Part shown: in pieces, positions 11,001 through 21,900 of the stretch
Layout: each line of letters opens with the position of its first letter
Numbering within the stretch: the stretch's first letter is position 1
From: Chrysochromulina tobinii
Taxonomy: Eukaryota
DNA length: 33,493 bases
Direction of reading: 5' to 3'
Assembly (NCBI GenBank): GCA_001275005.1
Contig: JWZX01003030.1
Location: forward strand, 1-33,493
Position numbers and translations under genes: made by a program
The notes under the pieces: generated by a model
What the model was told of the DNA's origin: nothing
Databases searched by the model: none
Seen by the model: only the letters and a program-made list of their open reading frames with translations

Positions 11001-14000
11001 GCGCCGCCCCGGGCGCCTCGGACGAAGGAGCCCCTAGTCATACGAACGGAGTGGAGTTGGTGCCTGATATGGAGGCGGCTCAGACGGCGGTGGCGTACGA
11101 CAAGTCGTCGGTCACGGAGGAGGGGATGCGCCAGCCGCTCGGCACAGCGCTCGCGCTGCCTCGGCACCCCCCCTCCTCCTACGACGCGCGCGGCGCCGCC
11201 CGCGCCGATGGCTTCTCGAAGGTTCGTCTCTTCGGGGGCCTGGTGACGAAGCGTGGCCTGTCGGCGAGGCGCGATTTCTGCACCACCAGTTGCATGATCT
11301 TCTTCCCTGTCGTTCTCGTCTGGTTGGCCCTCGCGTTGCTCAATGTGACGGGCTCTTTCATCGCCACGCCCAAGCCAATGCCCTTGACCCCCGAGGCCAC
11401 CTTTCCCAAGTTGGTGGGCGTGTCGGGGGGTCAAGAGATCAAGCGGCCAGTGCCCCTTGTGCTGCCCGAGGGCAACGTGGCCGCGTCGAGCTGGGCACCC
11501 ACGCTGAACAAGCTCGGCTGGAATGTCAATCAGCCGGTGCAGGTGTCAGGCGACAACGTCTTCCCGAATGTAACGATCGGACTGTCAGCGTACCTGCTCG
11601 CCAACCCTTCGGCGGTTCTCCCGGCGGCGCTGGCCTTCTCCCCCGACACGCCCATCGCAGGCACGACTGAGGTGGTGGGCGTGGCGAGCTTGCTCTTCAA
11701 CTCGACTGCGACGCTCTCGCCACCCGCGCTCGTGAACACGCTGTACGATACCCTCGTGCAGCTGGCGACCGGCAGCGCGGTCAGTATCGCGGGCTCGATG
11801 CAGTCGCTCCCCGTCTCAGACCAGACCAAGGCGACGTTCGACTCCTTCATCTCCCTCTTCGCCTCGATTATGATCCTCATCCCCTTCGCCTTCGTCGCAG
11901 CCCAGTTTGTAGTGCCCCTTGTACGCGAGCGCGAGAGCGGCTCGAAGCAGATGCAGTTCATCTCGGGCGTCGGCCCTGTCATTTACTGGCTCAGCAACTG
12001 GGCGTGGGACGCGCTCATGTTCCTCATCATCGCCGCTAGCACCCTCGTCGTCTTCGTCATCCAAAACCGCTCCGAGTTTACCGGTACCACGGAGGCCTTC
12101 GGCGGCACCACGCTGCTGCTGCTCACGTTTGGCGTCGCCGTCGTGCCCCTCTCGTCGGCCGCATCCTTCGGCTTCACCACCCCTTCGAACGGGCTCATCG
12201 TCATGATCGCCTTCCACTTCCTCTCGGGCTTCGGTCTCAACGTGTGTGACTTTATTCTCCAATCGATTAGCACGGAGACGCAGAAGATCAACGACGGCCT
12301 GCGCTACCTCTACCGGCTCTTCCCCGCGTACTGCCTCGGCCAGGGCTTCTTCTCGATGTCCACACGTCAGCTCGTCGCCAATTTCGCCGCCTTCGGGCAG
12401 CCCCAGCCCAAGCTCTACGATTGGGATCAGCTGGGTGCCCCGATCACCTACTTGTTCCTTGAAGGCCTCGGCTTCATGGCCATCACGCTCGTGCTCCAGT
12501 ACGCGGAGAGCGACATCAAGCTGCAACAGCGCCTCTTCGGCCCCTTTGAACGGCTGCAGCAACGCCTCTTCGGCCGCCGCGCACCTGAGGCCGGGCCCAA
12601 CGGCGCCGCCAACGGCGGCGACCACGGCGGCACCGACGGCCTACCGGTAGCGCAGGGCCGGCGCGGCAGGGCGGAGCGCTCCTCCATTGAGGACATGTCC
12701 GTACTCGAGGAACGTCAGGTCATCGACGAGGGCGGCGCCGAGACGAGTGACTCCGCCGCGCTCATCATCAAGCATCTGCGGCGCGAGTTTGGCCCCAAGG
12801 TGGCGGTGCGCGACCTGTGCCTGCGCATCGGACGAGGCGAATGCTTCGGGTTCCTGGGCGTCAACGGCGCCGGCAAGTCGACGACCTTCTCGATGCTCAC
12901 GGGCTCCCTCGTGCCCACGTCGGGCGACGCGCTACTCGAGGGCATGTCCATCCTCCACGAACAGAACAAGATCCGCCGCCTAGTTGGCTACTGCCCACAG
13001 CACGACGCGCTCGAGGCGCTCATGACGGCGCGTGAGGCCCTGCGCATGTACGCCAAGATCAAGGACGTCGCACCCGGGAGTATCGAGGCCGAGGTGGAAG
13101 ATCTCATTCAGGATCTCGACCTGTCCAAGTTTGCGGATAAGCCGTGCGGCACCTACTCCGGTGGCAACAAGCGCAAGCTATGCGTGGGCATCGCGCTCGT
13201 CGGCAGCCCACAGGTGACGACCTCTGATGGCCTCTGAAGACCTCCGATAGCCTCCAAAAGCCATCGATAGCCTCCGATGGCCTCCGATGGCGTCCGATGG
13301 TCTCTGATGACCTCTGATGGCGTCCGATGGTCTCTGATGACCTCTGATGGCGTCCGATTGCGTCTCATGACCTCTTATGGCGTCCGATTGCGTCCGATCG
13401 CGTCTGATGGTTTCGCCTCCTCGCGTGCGCAGCTCGTGATGCTCGACGAGCCCTCGTCCGGAATGGATGCTGCTTCGAAGCGCTTCCTCTGGTCTGTCAT
13501 CAAGCGACGCACCAAGGGGTGCATGACCGTGCTCACGACCCATTCAATGGAGGAGTGTGAGGCGCTCTGCGGCCGGATTGGTATCATGGTCGACGGCACG
13601 CTCAGCTGCCTCGGCCCCATACAGGCGCTCAAGTCCAAGTATGTTCCGTGCCACCGACCTGCCGCGGATGGTCGCTGATGGCCGCTGACCACCGCCGATG
13701 GCCTCTGAGTCCCTCTAATGACCTCTCTTATTACATCGGAAGGCGTCTGATGGCCTCTGAGTCCCATATCATGGCCTCTCTCCTCAGGTATGGGCAGGGC
13801 TACAAGCTCGACATGCGCCTGGACGCGCGCGCGCGCCCCGAGGCGATCCTCGAGCTGCTGCAGCAGCGCATCGAAGGCATCAAGTCCGATGAGCTCGAGC
13901 CCCCCTCGATGGTCCTCACTGTCCCACAGGGCTCCGCGACGCTCTCCCGCCTCTTTGCGCTGCTCTCCGAGCTCCGGAGCACCCATCATGTGCTCGAGTG

Positions 14001-14079
14001 CTCGGTCACGCAGTGCACGCTCGAGCAGATCTTCATCCAGATGGCCTCCAAGAGCAAGCTGCGAAAGGACGATGAGTGA
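8086..14079 (+). CDS. ABCA: ABC transporter subfamily A (full-size, two TMD-NBD halves); exons 8086-13213 (with +1 slip at ~8242), 13433-13638, 13788-14079
   Basis: N-terminal QWAVLLRRKELLLKGKQWKST/CEIVLP, EKESKLRE and ERESGSK motifs. NBD1: GANGAGKTT, LSGGQKRKL, FLDEPTSGMDP, LTTH. NBD2: GVNGAGKST, YSGGNKRKL, MLDEPSSGMD, LTTHSMEECEALC. C-terminal TLEQIF. GT..AG introns 13214-13432 and 13639-13787 restore the frame. Confidence 0.95.
13223..13412 (+). repeat. Intronic 10-bp satellite, consensus TCYGATGGCC, 19 units with 30-bp higher-order repeat
   Basis: In-phase 10-nt units from tctgatggcc (13223) to tctgatggtt (13403), filling ABCA intron 1. Confidence 0.92.
13664..13780 (+). repeat. Degenerate 10-bp intronic satellite of the same family (GATGGCCTCT)
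   Basis: gatggtcgct gatggccgct ... gatggcctct gagtccctct ... gatggcctct gagtccc, in ABCA intron 2. Confidence 0.75.
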
Positions 14080-14273
14080 CGCTAGCGCAACGTGCCCGAT
14101 GGCGCTCGGCGATTCGGATTCCTGTGGGGACAGTCACGTTCGCGACCGCGTTTGGCGACCGCTCGTAGAGTCCGGCGTGCGCGTTGCTTCGATGAAGAAC
14201 ATAATAGCATGCGTCGGTTCTTGTGTCATATTAGGAACTATATCCTACTGAGACGCACTAGGAGCAAAATACC

Positions 14274-15398
14274 TTAACCATGGCCTGGGGTCGTTACCGC
14301 GGACTCCGCGTCTTGAAAGCGTTTTGAAGATGAGCACGTCAAGTCGATGCGGACCCAGCACTCGCACGGGCTTCGTTGCTTGAGCGCGGCCTCCTCCTCG
14401 TCGCGTGGCACAAGGTCCACGCGAAGATGTACCACGAGGCGGGGCAGCTCACGAGCCGGGGCAGGCAGGGCGCACATCTGGCAGGGCAGAGAGGGCGGGG
14501 AGGGCGGTGGTGGTGGGTTCACCATGCAAGCGCCGAGTTCCGTGATTTGGCCGTCACGTTTGCGCCGCTGCTGGTTCACGAGCCGAGCCCTTGAGTCGAT
14601 GTCGGGCACGCTGCCGTCCGCCTCCATGGCCAGGTAGAAGCCTCCAATCGTGAAGCGCGTCCCCTCTTGGTGGCACGAGCGCGGCACGACCCGAAAGTCG
14701 ATGCTGACGCGCGTGCTGCTGCTATCGTTAGCCGTTGTGTAATGCATGCACGAAGCGCCCCAGAAGCGGACTACCTCGCCGTACTGCGCCTCGAAGGGCT
14801 CAAAGTCGCCTACGCCAGGAGCGGACTCCGCATAGAGCGAGTTGCTGCCGCACACGCGCGTCAAAGGCAGCCAGTAGTTGAGTTCGGTCGTTTGGTGACC
14901 GTACTCCGAATCGCAATGGCGGCGGCCCGTCGCGGCGCCGTCGGCCACATGGCATCGGAAGGTGGGATCGCGCTGGAAGAGGATGCCAGACGGGTCTCCG
15001 ATATCCTGAAGGACGACCTCGCGAAGAAAGGACCAGTACACCTCGTTGAAGAGCGAGGTGCGTTGCGCCTTGGCCTGGGCCTCTGCGGAATTCGGGTCAT
15101 GGCCAGCAAAGTGCCAACGATTTATCCAGACAGTGCCGGGTCCTCGATAGCCCACGCGCTCTCTGTGTGACAAGGGTTCATTGCCAGAGCCACGCAGAGT
15201 CGCAAGCCTGGCTTCGTCCAATGCCTCTGAATCGCCGACCGGCAGATCGAGGCACTGGAGCACCGCAGGTCTGAGCGGGTGCCTTGCCGTGTCATACCTA
15301 ATATTGGCTTGCGAGCGGAGGCGATGGAGATTGGCAGCCGCGGCGTCGTCCAGCAGTTCCGGTGCGTCGAGGCTGGGCCGAGCGACAAGTCCCATCAC
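14274..15398 (-). CDS. StrG-like double-stranded beta-helix (2OG-Fe(II)/cupin-type) oxygenase
   Basis: Core FQRDPTFRCH...HCDSEYGHQTTELNYWLPLT...NSLYAESAPGVGDFEPF...FWGASCMHYTTANDSSSTRVSIDFRV has an HxD...H triad and an RxSxDFR strand. The termini are uncertain. Confidence 0.65.
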   Translation of the reverse strand: MMGLVARPSLDAPELLDDAAAANLHRLRSQANIRYDTARHPLRPAVLQCLDLPVGDSEALDEARLATLRGSGNEPLSHRERVGYRGPGTVWINRWHFAGHDPNSAEAQAKAQRTSLFNEVYWSFLREVVLQDIGDPSGILFQRDPTFRCHVADGAATGRRHCDSEYGHQTTELNYWLPLTRVCGSNSLYAESAPGVGDFEPFEAQYGEVVRFWGASCMHYTTANDSSSTRVSIDFRVVPRSCHQEGTRFTIGGFYLAMEADGSVPDIDSRARLVNQQRRKRDGQITELGACMVNPPPPPSPPSLPCQMCALPAPARELPRLVVHLRVDLVPRDEEEAALKQRSPCECWVRIDLTCSSSKRFQDAESAVTTPGHG

Positions 15399-15787
15399 GT
15401 GTCCTCACGAGGGTGAAGCGACCGCGATGGCGACCGCGAGAGATCGCCTCCACTGGAAGCCATTTCGACATTCACACCTCGTACAGTACTGTAGTCAAGT
15501 CAAGTCAAGTCAGTCACTGTAAGGGTAGAAGTAGATCGCTTCAATCTCAAATATCTCATGCACGCGAGGTGCAACGCACACCGCGCTCACAGACACGGTT
15601 CAGAGTCGCGTGAAACATTTCACACCAGAATGTGCACATATCACGCCTCGCGCAGGCAGCTGCGCGCTTGCCCAATCGCTTGGGCCGCTAGCCGGCTCGG
15701 TCCTTGGAGTGGCATAGATTCGTGAATATCAGTTTTGCTGCAGAAACCGTTTGTAGTTATTTGTTGACAGTCCTCATTCGGGCCGCA

Positions 15788-17332
15788 TCATCCCCCTCCC
15801 CCGCCTCCGGCTCCACCGACTGCGCGCCGCACCCTTCCCGCCACCTTCTTCTCACGGCGCGTCGTGCGCGCCTTGGTGGCGTTCGTCTTCGCACTACCGC
15901 AGCAGCGCCATGTACGGAACACACTCGGTTCAAAGGTCACCCATCCCATCTCGTCGCACCTGCCGCACGTGCGCTCAAGAGGGATGAACTCGCCCGAGCC
16001 CATCGCCTCGGCGATGCGCCACGCGCGCGACTCTGGCCGCTTCGCCCCGTGGAAGATGATCGAGCGATTGGTAAAGCCGCGCTCCGCGGAGTAGATAGGC
16101 CAAGGGAAGTGCTGCACGCCGAAGGGCGAGTTGACCAACGTGACGCGCACGGACCTCCGGATGGCGGCTTGAGCCACGAAGAGGCCTGATGAGGGAGGCG
16201 ATCAAATGCAATCGTACGGGAATAGAGAGGCCATTAGCGAGGCCATCAGCTAGGCCATCAGAGAGGCCATCAGAGAGGCCATCAGAGAGGCCATCAGAGG
16301 CCATCCGAGGTCCTCACCGAGGGAGCTGTCGCTATTAGGCCAGCAGCGCCGCTTGGCCAGCTCGGGTAGTGGCTTGGCGCCCGGGCGTGTGCTCGCCCAG
16401 TATCGGCGGGCCAGGGGCGTTCGCTCGAGTGACCCGACCCACGCTCGAGAGCCAACGGCCGGCGTGTCGATCTCGGCAGCGACGAGCTCACCGAGAGGAC
16501 GCGAGACGGCGAAGAGTGGACCGTTAGGTAAAGGGAAGGGCGGCAGCGTCCAATCGACCTGCTGCTTCAGCACGGCGGCCAGCCGCTTCTCGTTGGCACT
16601 GAGCGCTGCGCACGCTGGCGCGTCCTGGAGACGTGCGACGAGGCCAGGCGCAATGTCTCGGGCGGCCTTAGTGCGTGCGCGCTCCGGCGGTACCGCAGTG
16701 TCCTCTGCGCTTGCGGCGGCTGCCGAGCCCGTCTGGGACGGTAGCAGCCCCACCAGCCGGGCGCGCAGCTCCGGGTGCGGGGCAACCTCCGCCTCGCATG
16801 CCAGCATGCGACGGCGCACACTCGCAGCTTGCCCATCCGCGCAACCCCAGCCCATGAATCCCGTGCTCGTGTCGTGGGTCACCTTGTCGTAATGCGAGCG
16901 CCACTGAATCATGCCCCACAGCGTCGGCGTCGCCTCTCCAACCTGAGCCACCACGTTGCGCAGGTCGGCCTCAAAGTGTGCGATCTGAATGTAAGCGTCG
17001 TCGTCGCCAGCCCCAAGGAACTGTGCAGCAGGAAAGGCGCCGTGCGCATGGGCAAACCAGAGGACGTACTTGAAGCCGCAGCGGAACGGCGTGTCGCTGA
17101 TGTTCAGCTGCACGAGGTCGCGCCGCAATTGCTGCTCTGCAGCAACTGCTGAGGAAGTGCTCGCTTCCGGGGCAGCCAAGACGAACCGAAGTGCGACGGT
17201 GGTTTGGTATGAAGAGAACTTGGAGGCGGTCTCTCGGATCTTGTCACGCCGTGGCTGGTTGCCGTTCGCACTGAGCAGGCCGAGGGCGACGAACGGCTGG
17301 ATGGCGACGCCGGGCTCAGCGCCGGCTGCCAT
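15788..17332 (-). CDS. Glycosyltransferase family 31 (beta-1,3-galactosyltransferase/Fringe-like); exons 17332-16318 and 16185-15788
   Basis: ALGLLS...RRDKIRET, RFVL, EQQLRRDLVQL, AGDDDAYI (DxD), PFPLPNGPLFAVSR. Phase-1 GT..AG intron 16317-16186 gives DSSLG|LFVA...IIFHGAK, the typical DxxxG and FHxxK motifs. Confidence 0.8.
16224..16310 (-). repeat. Intronic 12/10-bp satellite (TCTGATGGCCTC on the sense strand)
   Basis: About six units of gaggccatcaga on the + strand plus 10-nt variants. Same core as the ABCA intron satellite. Confidence 0.9.
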
Positions 17333-17491
17333 GGAATCCCGAGTCGAGCCCAAAACGGCGCCTTGATGCGCATGTGCAAGCAAACACTCCAGAATTCCCT
17401 ACATGAGGAAACGGTTACATTGTATCACCCTCTTTCATCCCGAGTTGAGTTCGTGGGGTCCACGCGGCCCACGCACGCACACTCGTCTTCC

Positions 17492-18796
17492 ATGGGAGCG
17501 GCGGTGCTCCTGCATGGTGCTCTCTTCATGGCACTATCACAGCCACCAATCTGGTCTAGGCGCCATGTCGTTGCGGGCACAGCTGGCATGTTGGGCGCCG
17601 AGGCAGCATGGCGGCAAGCCGTTGTGGCGGCGGAGGTGAGTGAAAGTCTGCTGCCGCCTGGGACGATAAAGGAAATCGAGGCTGGACGCGTGGTTGTGCT
17701 TCAGAACTGGTTGCCATCCGAGGAGGTTGCTGCCCTCCGCGCTGACGCGTTGGCCAGTTTTGCTGCCGGCCATTTCAAGGCAGATGCACTCGCCTCGTAC
17801 GGTAAGAAGACCAAGGCTGGTTCGAGTGCAGGCTTCGATCCTGCTAACGACCGAATGGTCATGCCATCATTCTATCCGAGCAAGGGCACCGACGGGCCGT
17901 GGGTCGACCCGACCATTGGTGACGCTGCGGCGCGACGCCGCTTCGGAGACCGGATGGCGCAGGTGAAGGCCACGCTCGCGAAGCAGCTCGTGGATCGGAG
18001 AACGTTGGCGGAGGATGGTGCACAGACACATGAGATGTCCTACACGCGGTACGGGCCAGGTGCCTCGTTGCCACGCCATACGGACGAGCACCACGGCGAG
18101 CTCAAGAAGGCCCACTCTGTCGCGTCGGGGGACGAGAATAAGAAACGAAACGAGGGGGCGTCGAGCCCGAGCCCCAGCGGTTCCGAGGCACCGCGCAGCG
18201 GTGACGGTAAGACGACGCGCCGCTCCGTGACCTGGCTCGTGTATCTCAACGACAACTGGGACGCCCAGCTCGACGGCGGAGCCTTGCGCGTGCATGAGCG
18301 GGCAGCACCTTCGGCCGCACCGGTCGGAGCGCGCGGCGCTGATTTGCAGATTGGCTGGCTGAAAGCGACGGCGAGCGAGGGCGAGCTGCCCGTCTTCCTC
18401 GACGCGCACCGTCCTGGCGAGTCGGGCAACTGCTGCCTGTACGCCGCGTACGCCGACGGCTCCACGCGCGATCTGTCCCGCGCGCCCTTTACGGCCTCTC
18501 CGACGCTCTACCTGGCGGGTGGCGACTTTTTCGCGCGTCGGCTGCTCGTCGACGAACCGAGAGACGCAGCGCGCTTCCACCTGATTGATTCGCCAAAATC
18601 GGCCGTGTCTGGACTGCTGCCACCCACGCCACCCGAGGGCGAGGATGGTGGCGAGCGAATCCGCGACGTCCCACCAACGGCCGGCACTCTCGTTCTCTTT
18701 GACAGTGTCTCGGTGCCGCACGAGGTCTTGCCAACAACGAGGCGTGAGCGCTTCGCGTGCTCCGGCTGGTTTCACGAGCGTGTTCTGTACTCGTAA
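17492..18796 (+). CDS. 2OG-Fe(II) oxygenase (prolyl-4-hydroxylase-like) with N-terminal signal/transit peptide
   Basis: YTRYGPGASLPRHTDEH (HxD), RRSVTWLVYLNDNW...GGALR and GTLVLFDSVSVPHEVLPT..RERFACSGWFHE. Hydrophobic leader followed by SRRHVVAG. The start was chosen at the ATG at 17492. Confidence 0.85.
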   Translation: MGAAVLLHGALFMALSQPPIWSRRHVVAGTAGMLGAEAAWRQAVVAAEVSESLLPPGTIKEIEAGRVVVLQNWLPSEEVAALRADALASFAAGHFKADALASYGKKTKAGSSAGFDPANDRMVMPSFYPSKGTDGPWVDPTIGDAAARRRFGDRMAQVKATLAKQLVDRRTLAEDGAQTHEMSYTRYGPGASLPRHTDEHHGELKKAHSVASGDENKKRNEGASSPSPSGSEAPRSGDGKTTRRSVTWLVYLNDNWDAQLDGGALRVHERAAPSAAPVGARGADLQIGWLKATASEGELPVFLDAHRPGESGNCCLYAAYADGSTRDLSRAPFTASPTLYLAGGDFFARRLLVDEPRDAARFHLIDSPKSAVSGLLPPTPPEGEDGGERIRDVPPTAGTLVLFDSVSVPHEVLPTTRRERFACSGWFHERVLYS

Positions 18797-18857
18797 AAAG
18801 TGGCGACGTGTCGGCGATCACCTCCTGTGTTTCAACGGACTGTGACGCCACAAAACA

Positions 18858-18885
18858 CCCTAACCCTAACCCAACCCTAACCAAC
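18858..18885 (+). repeat. Interstitial telomere-like repeat (CCCTAA)n, degenerate
   Basis: ccctaaccctaacccaaccctaaccaac, between the oxygenase stop codon and the channel start. Confidence 0.8.
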
Positions 18886-18989
18886 ATATGCTCAGTACAG
18901 CGCTTCTAGATTTCGTCGAAGCCAGTTTGTAGTCCATATTAGTAAGAACTTCCAGGCGAGCTTGGACCAGTAGAGTGTCCCGCGCGTCA

Positions 18990-21900
18990 ATGCGCAACGC
19001 GATGAGGAGGACAGGGAGCCGTTCCTCGTTCTCAAACTCATCGTCGCCGCTCACGCTACCCTCCGTGACGAGCCGCAGTGAATCGCCGGCACCGTTGCCC
19101 GATCGCAAGGGCGGCAGGACTGGCCCGCTTCATCTAGTGTATCACGGCAAGGGGAAAGGGCGCACGTTGAGCATCGTCGGCGCCACGACAGGACGCATCT
19201 ACTCAGGGCATGCGCTCTGCGGCTTGCTCGCGCCCGATAACCCCGTCCGGCTGTGCGCGATCTGGCTCTGTGAGCAGCCAGTCTTCGATAACACTGTGCT
19301 GCTCGTGATCATTGTGAACTCGGCCTTCCTCGCGGTCTCACCGCCGACTGGCGGTGGGCCCATCAATGAGGTGTGGTCTCACATGCTCGAGCTTTGGTTC
19401 ACCATTCTGTTCACCATCGAGCTGTCCATCAAGGTTCTCGCCATGGGCTTCGCTGGGCGTGAAGGCACGTACCTCGCCGACGGCTGGAATAGGCTCGACT
19501 GCACCGTAGTCCTCTTGGGCTGGGCGCCGTACATCTTTCCGTCCCTCGCCAACCTCTCGGCCATCCGCTCGCTGCGCGCGCTGCGCCCGCTGCGTACGAT
19601 CAACCAGCTGCCCGGGCTGCGCCGGCAGGCCAAGACGCTATTCGATTCGCTTCCCAAGCTCAGCGACGTCGCCATTCTCGGCGTCTTTATGCTCGCGCTC
19701 TTCGGCGTGCTCGGCTTGCAGCTCTTCAAGGGCGCGCTGCGCTCGCGTTGCTACGCCCTGAGCCCGCCGCCGCCGCCCGCGCCGCTCCTTCATCTCGTCA
19801 ACGGCGTGCCGATCGATGTGCCCGCACCCTCACCGCCGACCGCCTCTGTGGCCGCGCAGCAGGCCCTATTGGATGCCGCCGCGCTGGGCAGCCGCGCGCG
19901 CTTGGCCGCTCCTGTGGGCGTGGCGCCGCTCGACGAGGATGACTTCGTGTGCAGCGATGGCGGCGTGCCGGGTGCGCAGGGCACGTGCGAGCCGGGCGAG
20001 GTGTGCCTGTACTACGGGTATAACCCGGCGTACGGGACCGAATCCTTCGACTCCATCACGGCTGCATGCATGACTATCTTCCAGTGTGTCACTCTCGAGG
20101 GATGGGTGGACGTCATGTGCGCGCGCCGCCCGCAGCACGCGTGCCGCGACCGTGCCTGAGCCGCAGCCCTCAGCACACACCGCCCTCAGCACACACCGCC
20201 CTCAGCACACACCGCCCTCAGCACACACCGCCCTCAGCACACACCGCCCTCAGCACACACCGCCCTCAGCACACACCGCCCTCAGCACACACCGCCCTCA
20301 GCGCTCGTGCGCCGCGACCCTCCCCTTTGCGCACTCGCGCCCGCCGCTGCGTGCGAAGTTACCTGATGATTCAGGTACCTGATGGTTGAGGTGCACTAAC
20401 CCTAACCCGAACCCTACCCCGAAGGTACCTGATGGTTGAGGTGACCGGCCCCTTCGCCTCCGGCTACTTCATTACGCTCGTGGCGCTCGGCTCCTTCTAC
20501 ACCCTCAACCTCTTCCTCGCCGTGCTCTGGGACACGTACTGCGAGCAGCAGGACGCGGAAAGGGCGGAGAAGGCCGAGGCCGAGGCCGCGGAGGCCGAGC
20601 GGCTGGCCGAACGGGATCGCGCACTAGTTGAGCTCGAGAGGGTGGAGCGGATAGCGGCGGAGCACCGGGCGGCAGCCGAAGAGGAGGCACGGGCGGAGAG
20701 GGAGGCGGCCGCGGCCGGCTCCGACCCGAAGCGCAAAAAGAGCTCCCCACACGATCGCACGAGGAGACTGGGCTTCGAGGACGATGCCGAGGCGTCGTTG
20801 CTGCAGGGATATGCGCCGTCCGAGTACAGCATGGACGAGACGCCGCCACGCAAGCCGGCGCCGAGTAGGAGGCTCATGCGCCGGCCGGAGCCCAAGAAGA
20901 TCGCCTGCCGCATGCGGAGGGTCAACGGCGTCGAGGTGCCCGCCGCGGACGGGTGCTGCCTCTACGCGGTGCAAGCGCTCGTGGATAGCCCTTCTTTCCA
21001 GAGCTTCATCGTGCTCCTCATCCTGCTCAACACGGTCGCGATGATGCTCGAGCAGTACCCGATGGACGGCACACTGCTCGCCCAGCTCAGCGACCTCAAC
21101 CTGCTCCTGACCTTGGCCTTCACCGCCGAGATGGTGCTCAAGTTACTCGCCGATGGGTGCGCCGGCTACTTTGGCGACGCGTTCAACCGGTTCGACGCGG
21201 TCGTCGTGACGCTCTCGCTCATCGACCTCGCGATCGTGTACTACGACATCGACCTCGGAGTGAACGTGTCGGTGCTGCGTGCGATGCGCCTGATGCGCGT
21301 CTTCAAGCTCGCACGCTCGTGGGCCACACTGCGCCGCGTCATGGAGGGCATCCTGAACAGCATCGGTCAGCTCGCGAACCTCTTCCTGCTCATGCTGCTC
21401 CTAATCTTCGTCTTCGCTCTCTTCGGCATGCACGTCTTCGGCGGCGCGTTCACCCCCGAGGCCGGGTTCGACGAGCCGCCGCGCACCAACTTCGACACGA
21501 TCGGCGATGCGATGCTCACCGTCTTCGTGGTAGTCTCGGGCGAGAACTGGAACGACGTGTGGTCGTCCTCCGCGGCGGCTGTTGGCTATTGGTGCGCGCC
21601 CTACTTCGTGCTGCTCGTGATCACGGGCAATTACGTCGTGCTCAACCTCTTCGTCGCCATCCTGCTCGGAGGCTTTTCGACCGACATGGAGGAGGTCGAA
21701 GTACCCACGTCCGCGCCGGCCGCCGCGCCAGCCGCCGCGCCAGCCGGCGCGCCGGCCCTGGACGATCCAGACGACGTGGCGCTGTACCTCTTTCCGCCGT
21801 CCCACCCGGCGCGCCGGATGGCGAAGGCAACCATCGAGTTCCACTTCTCCATCGACGATCACGAAGACTCGGACGTCGTCGGGATTCACTGGCGCCGGCT

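Noticed and set aside
20166..20302. Regular repeat arrays (here and at 13223-13412) as possible CRISPR arrays
   Set aside because: The units are head-to-tail with no unique spacers, there are no cas genes, and the context is eukaryotic introns.
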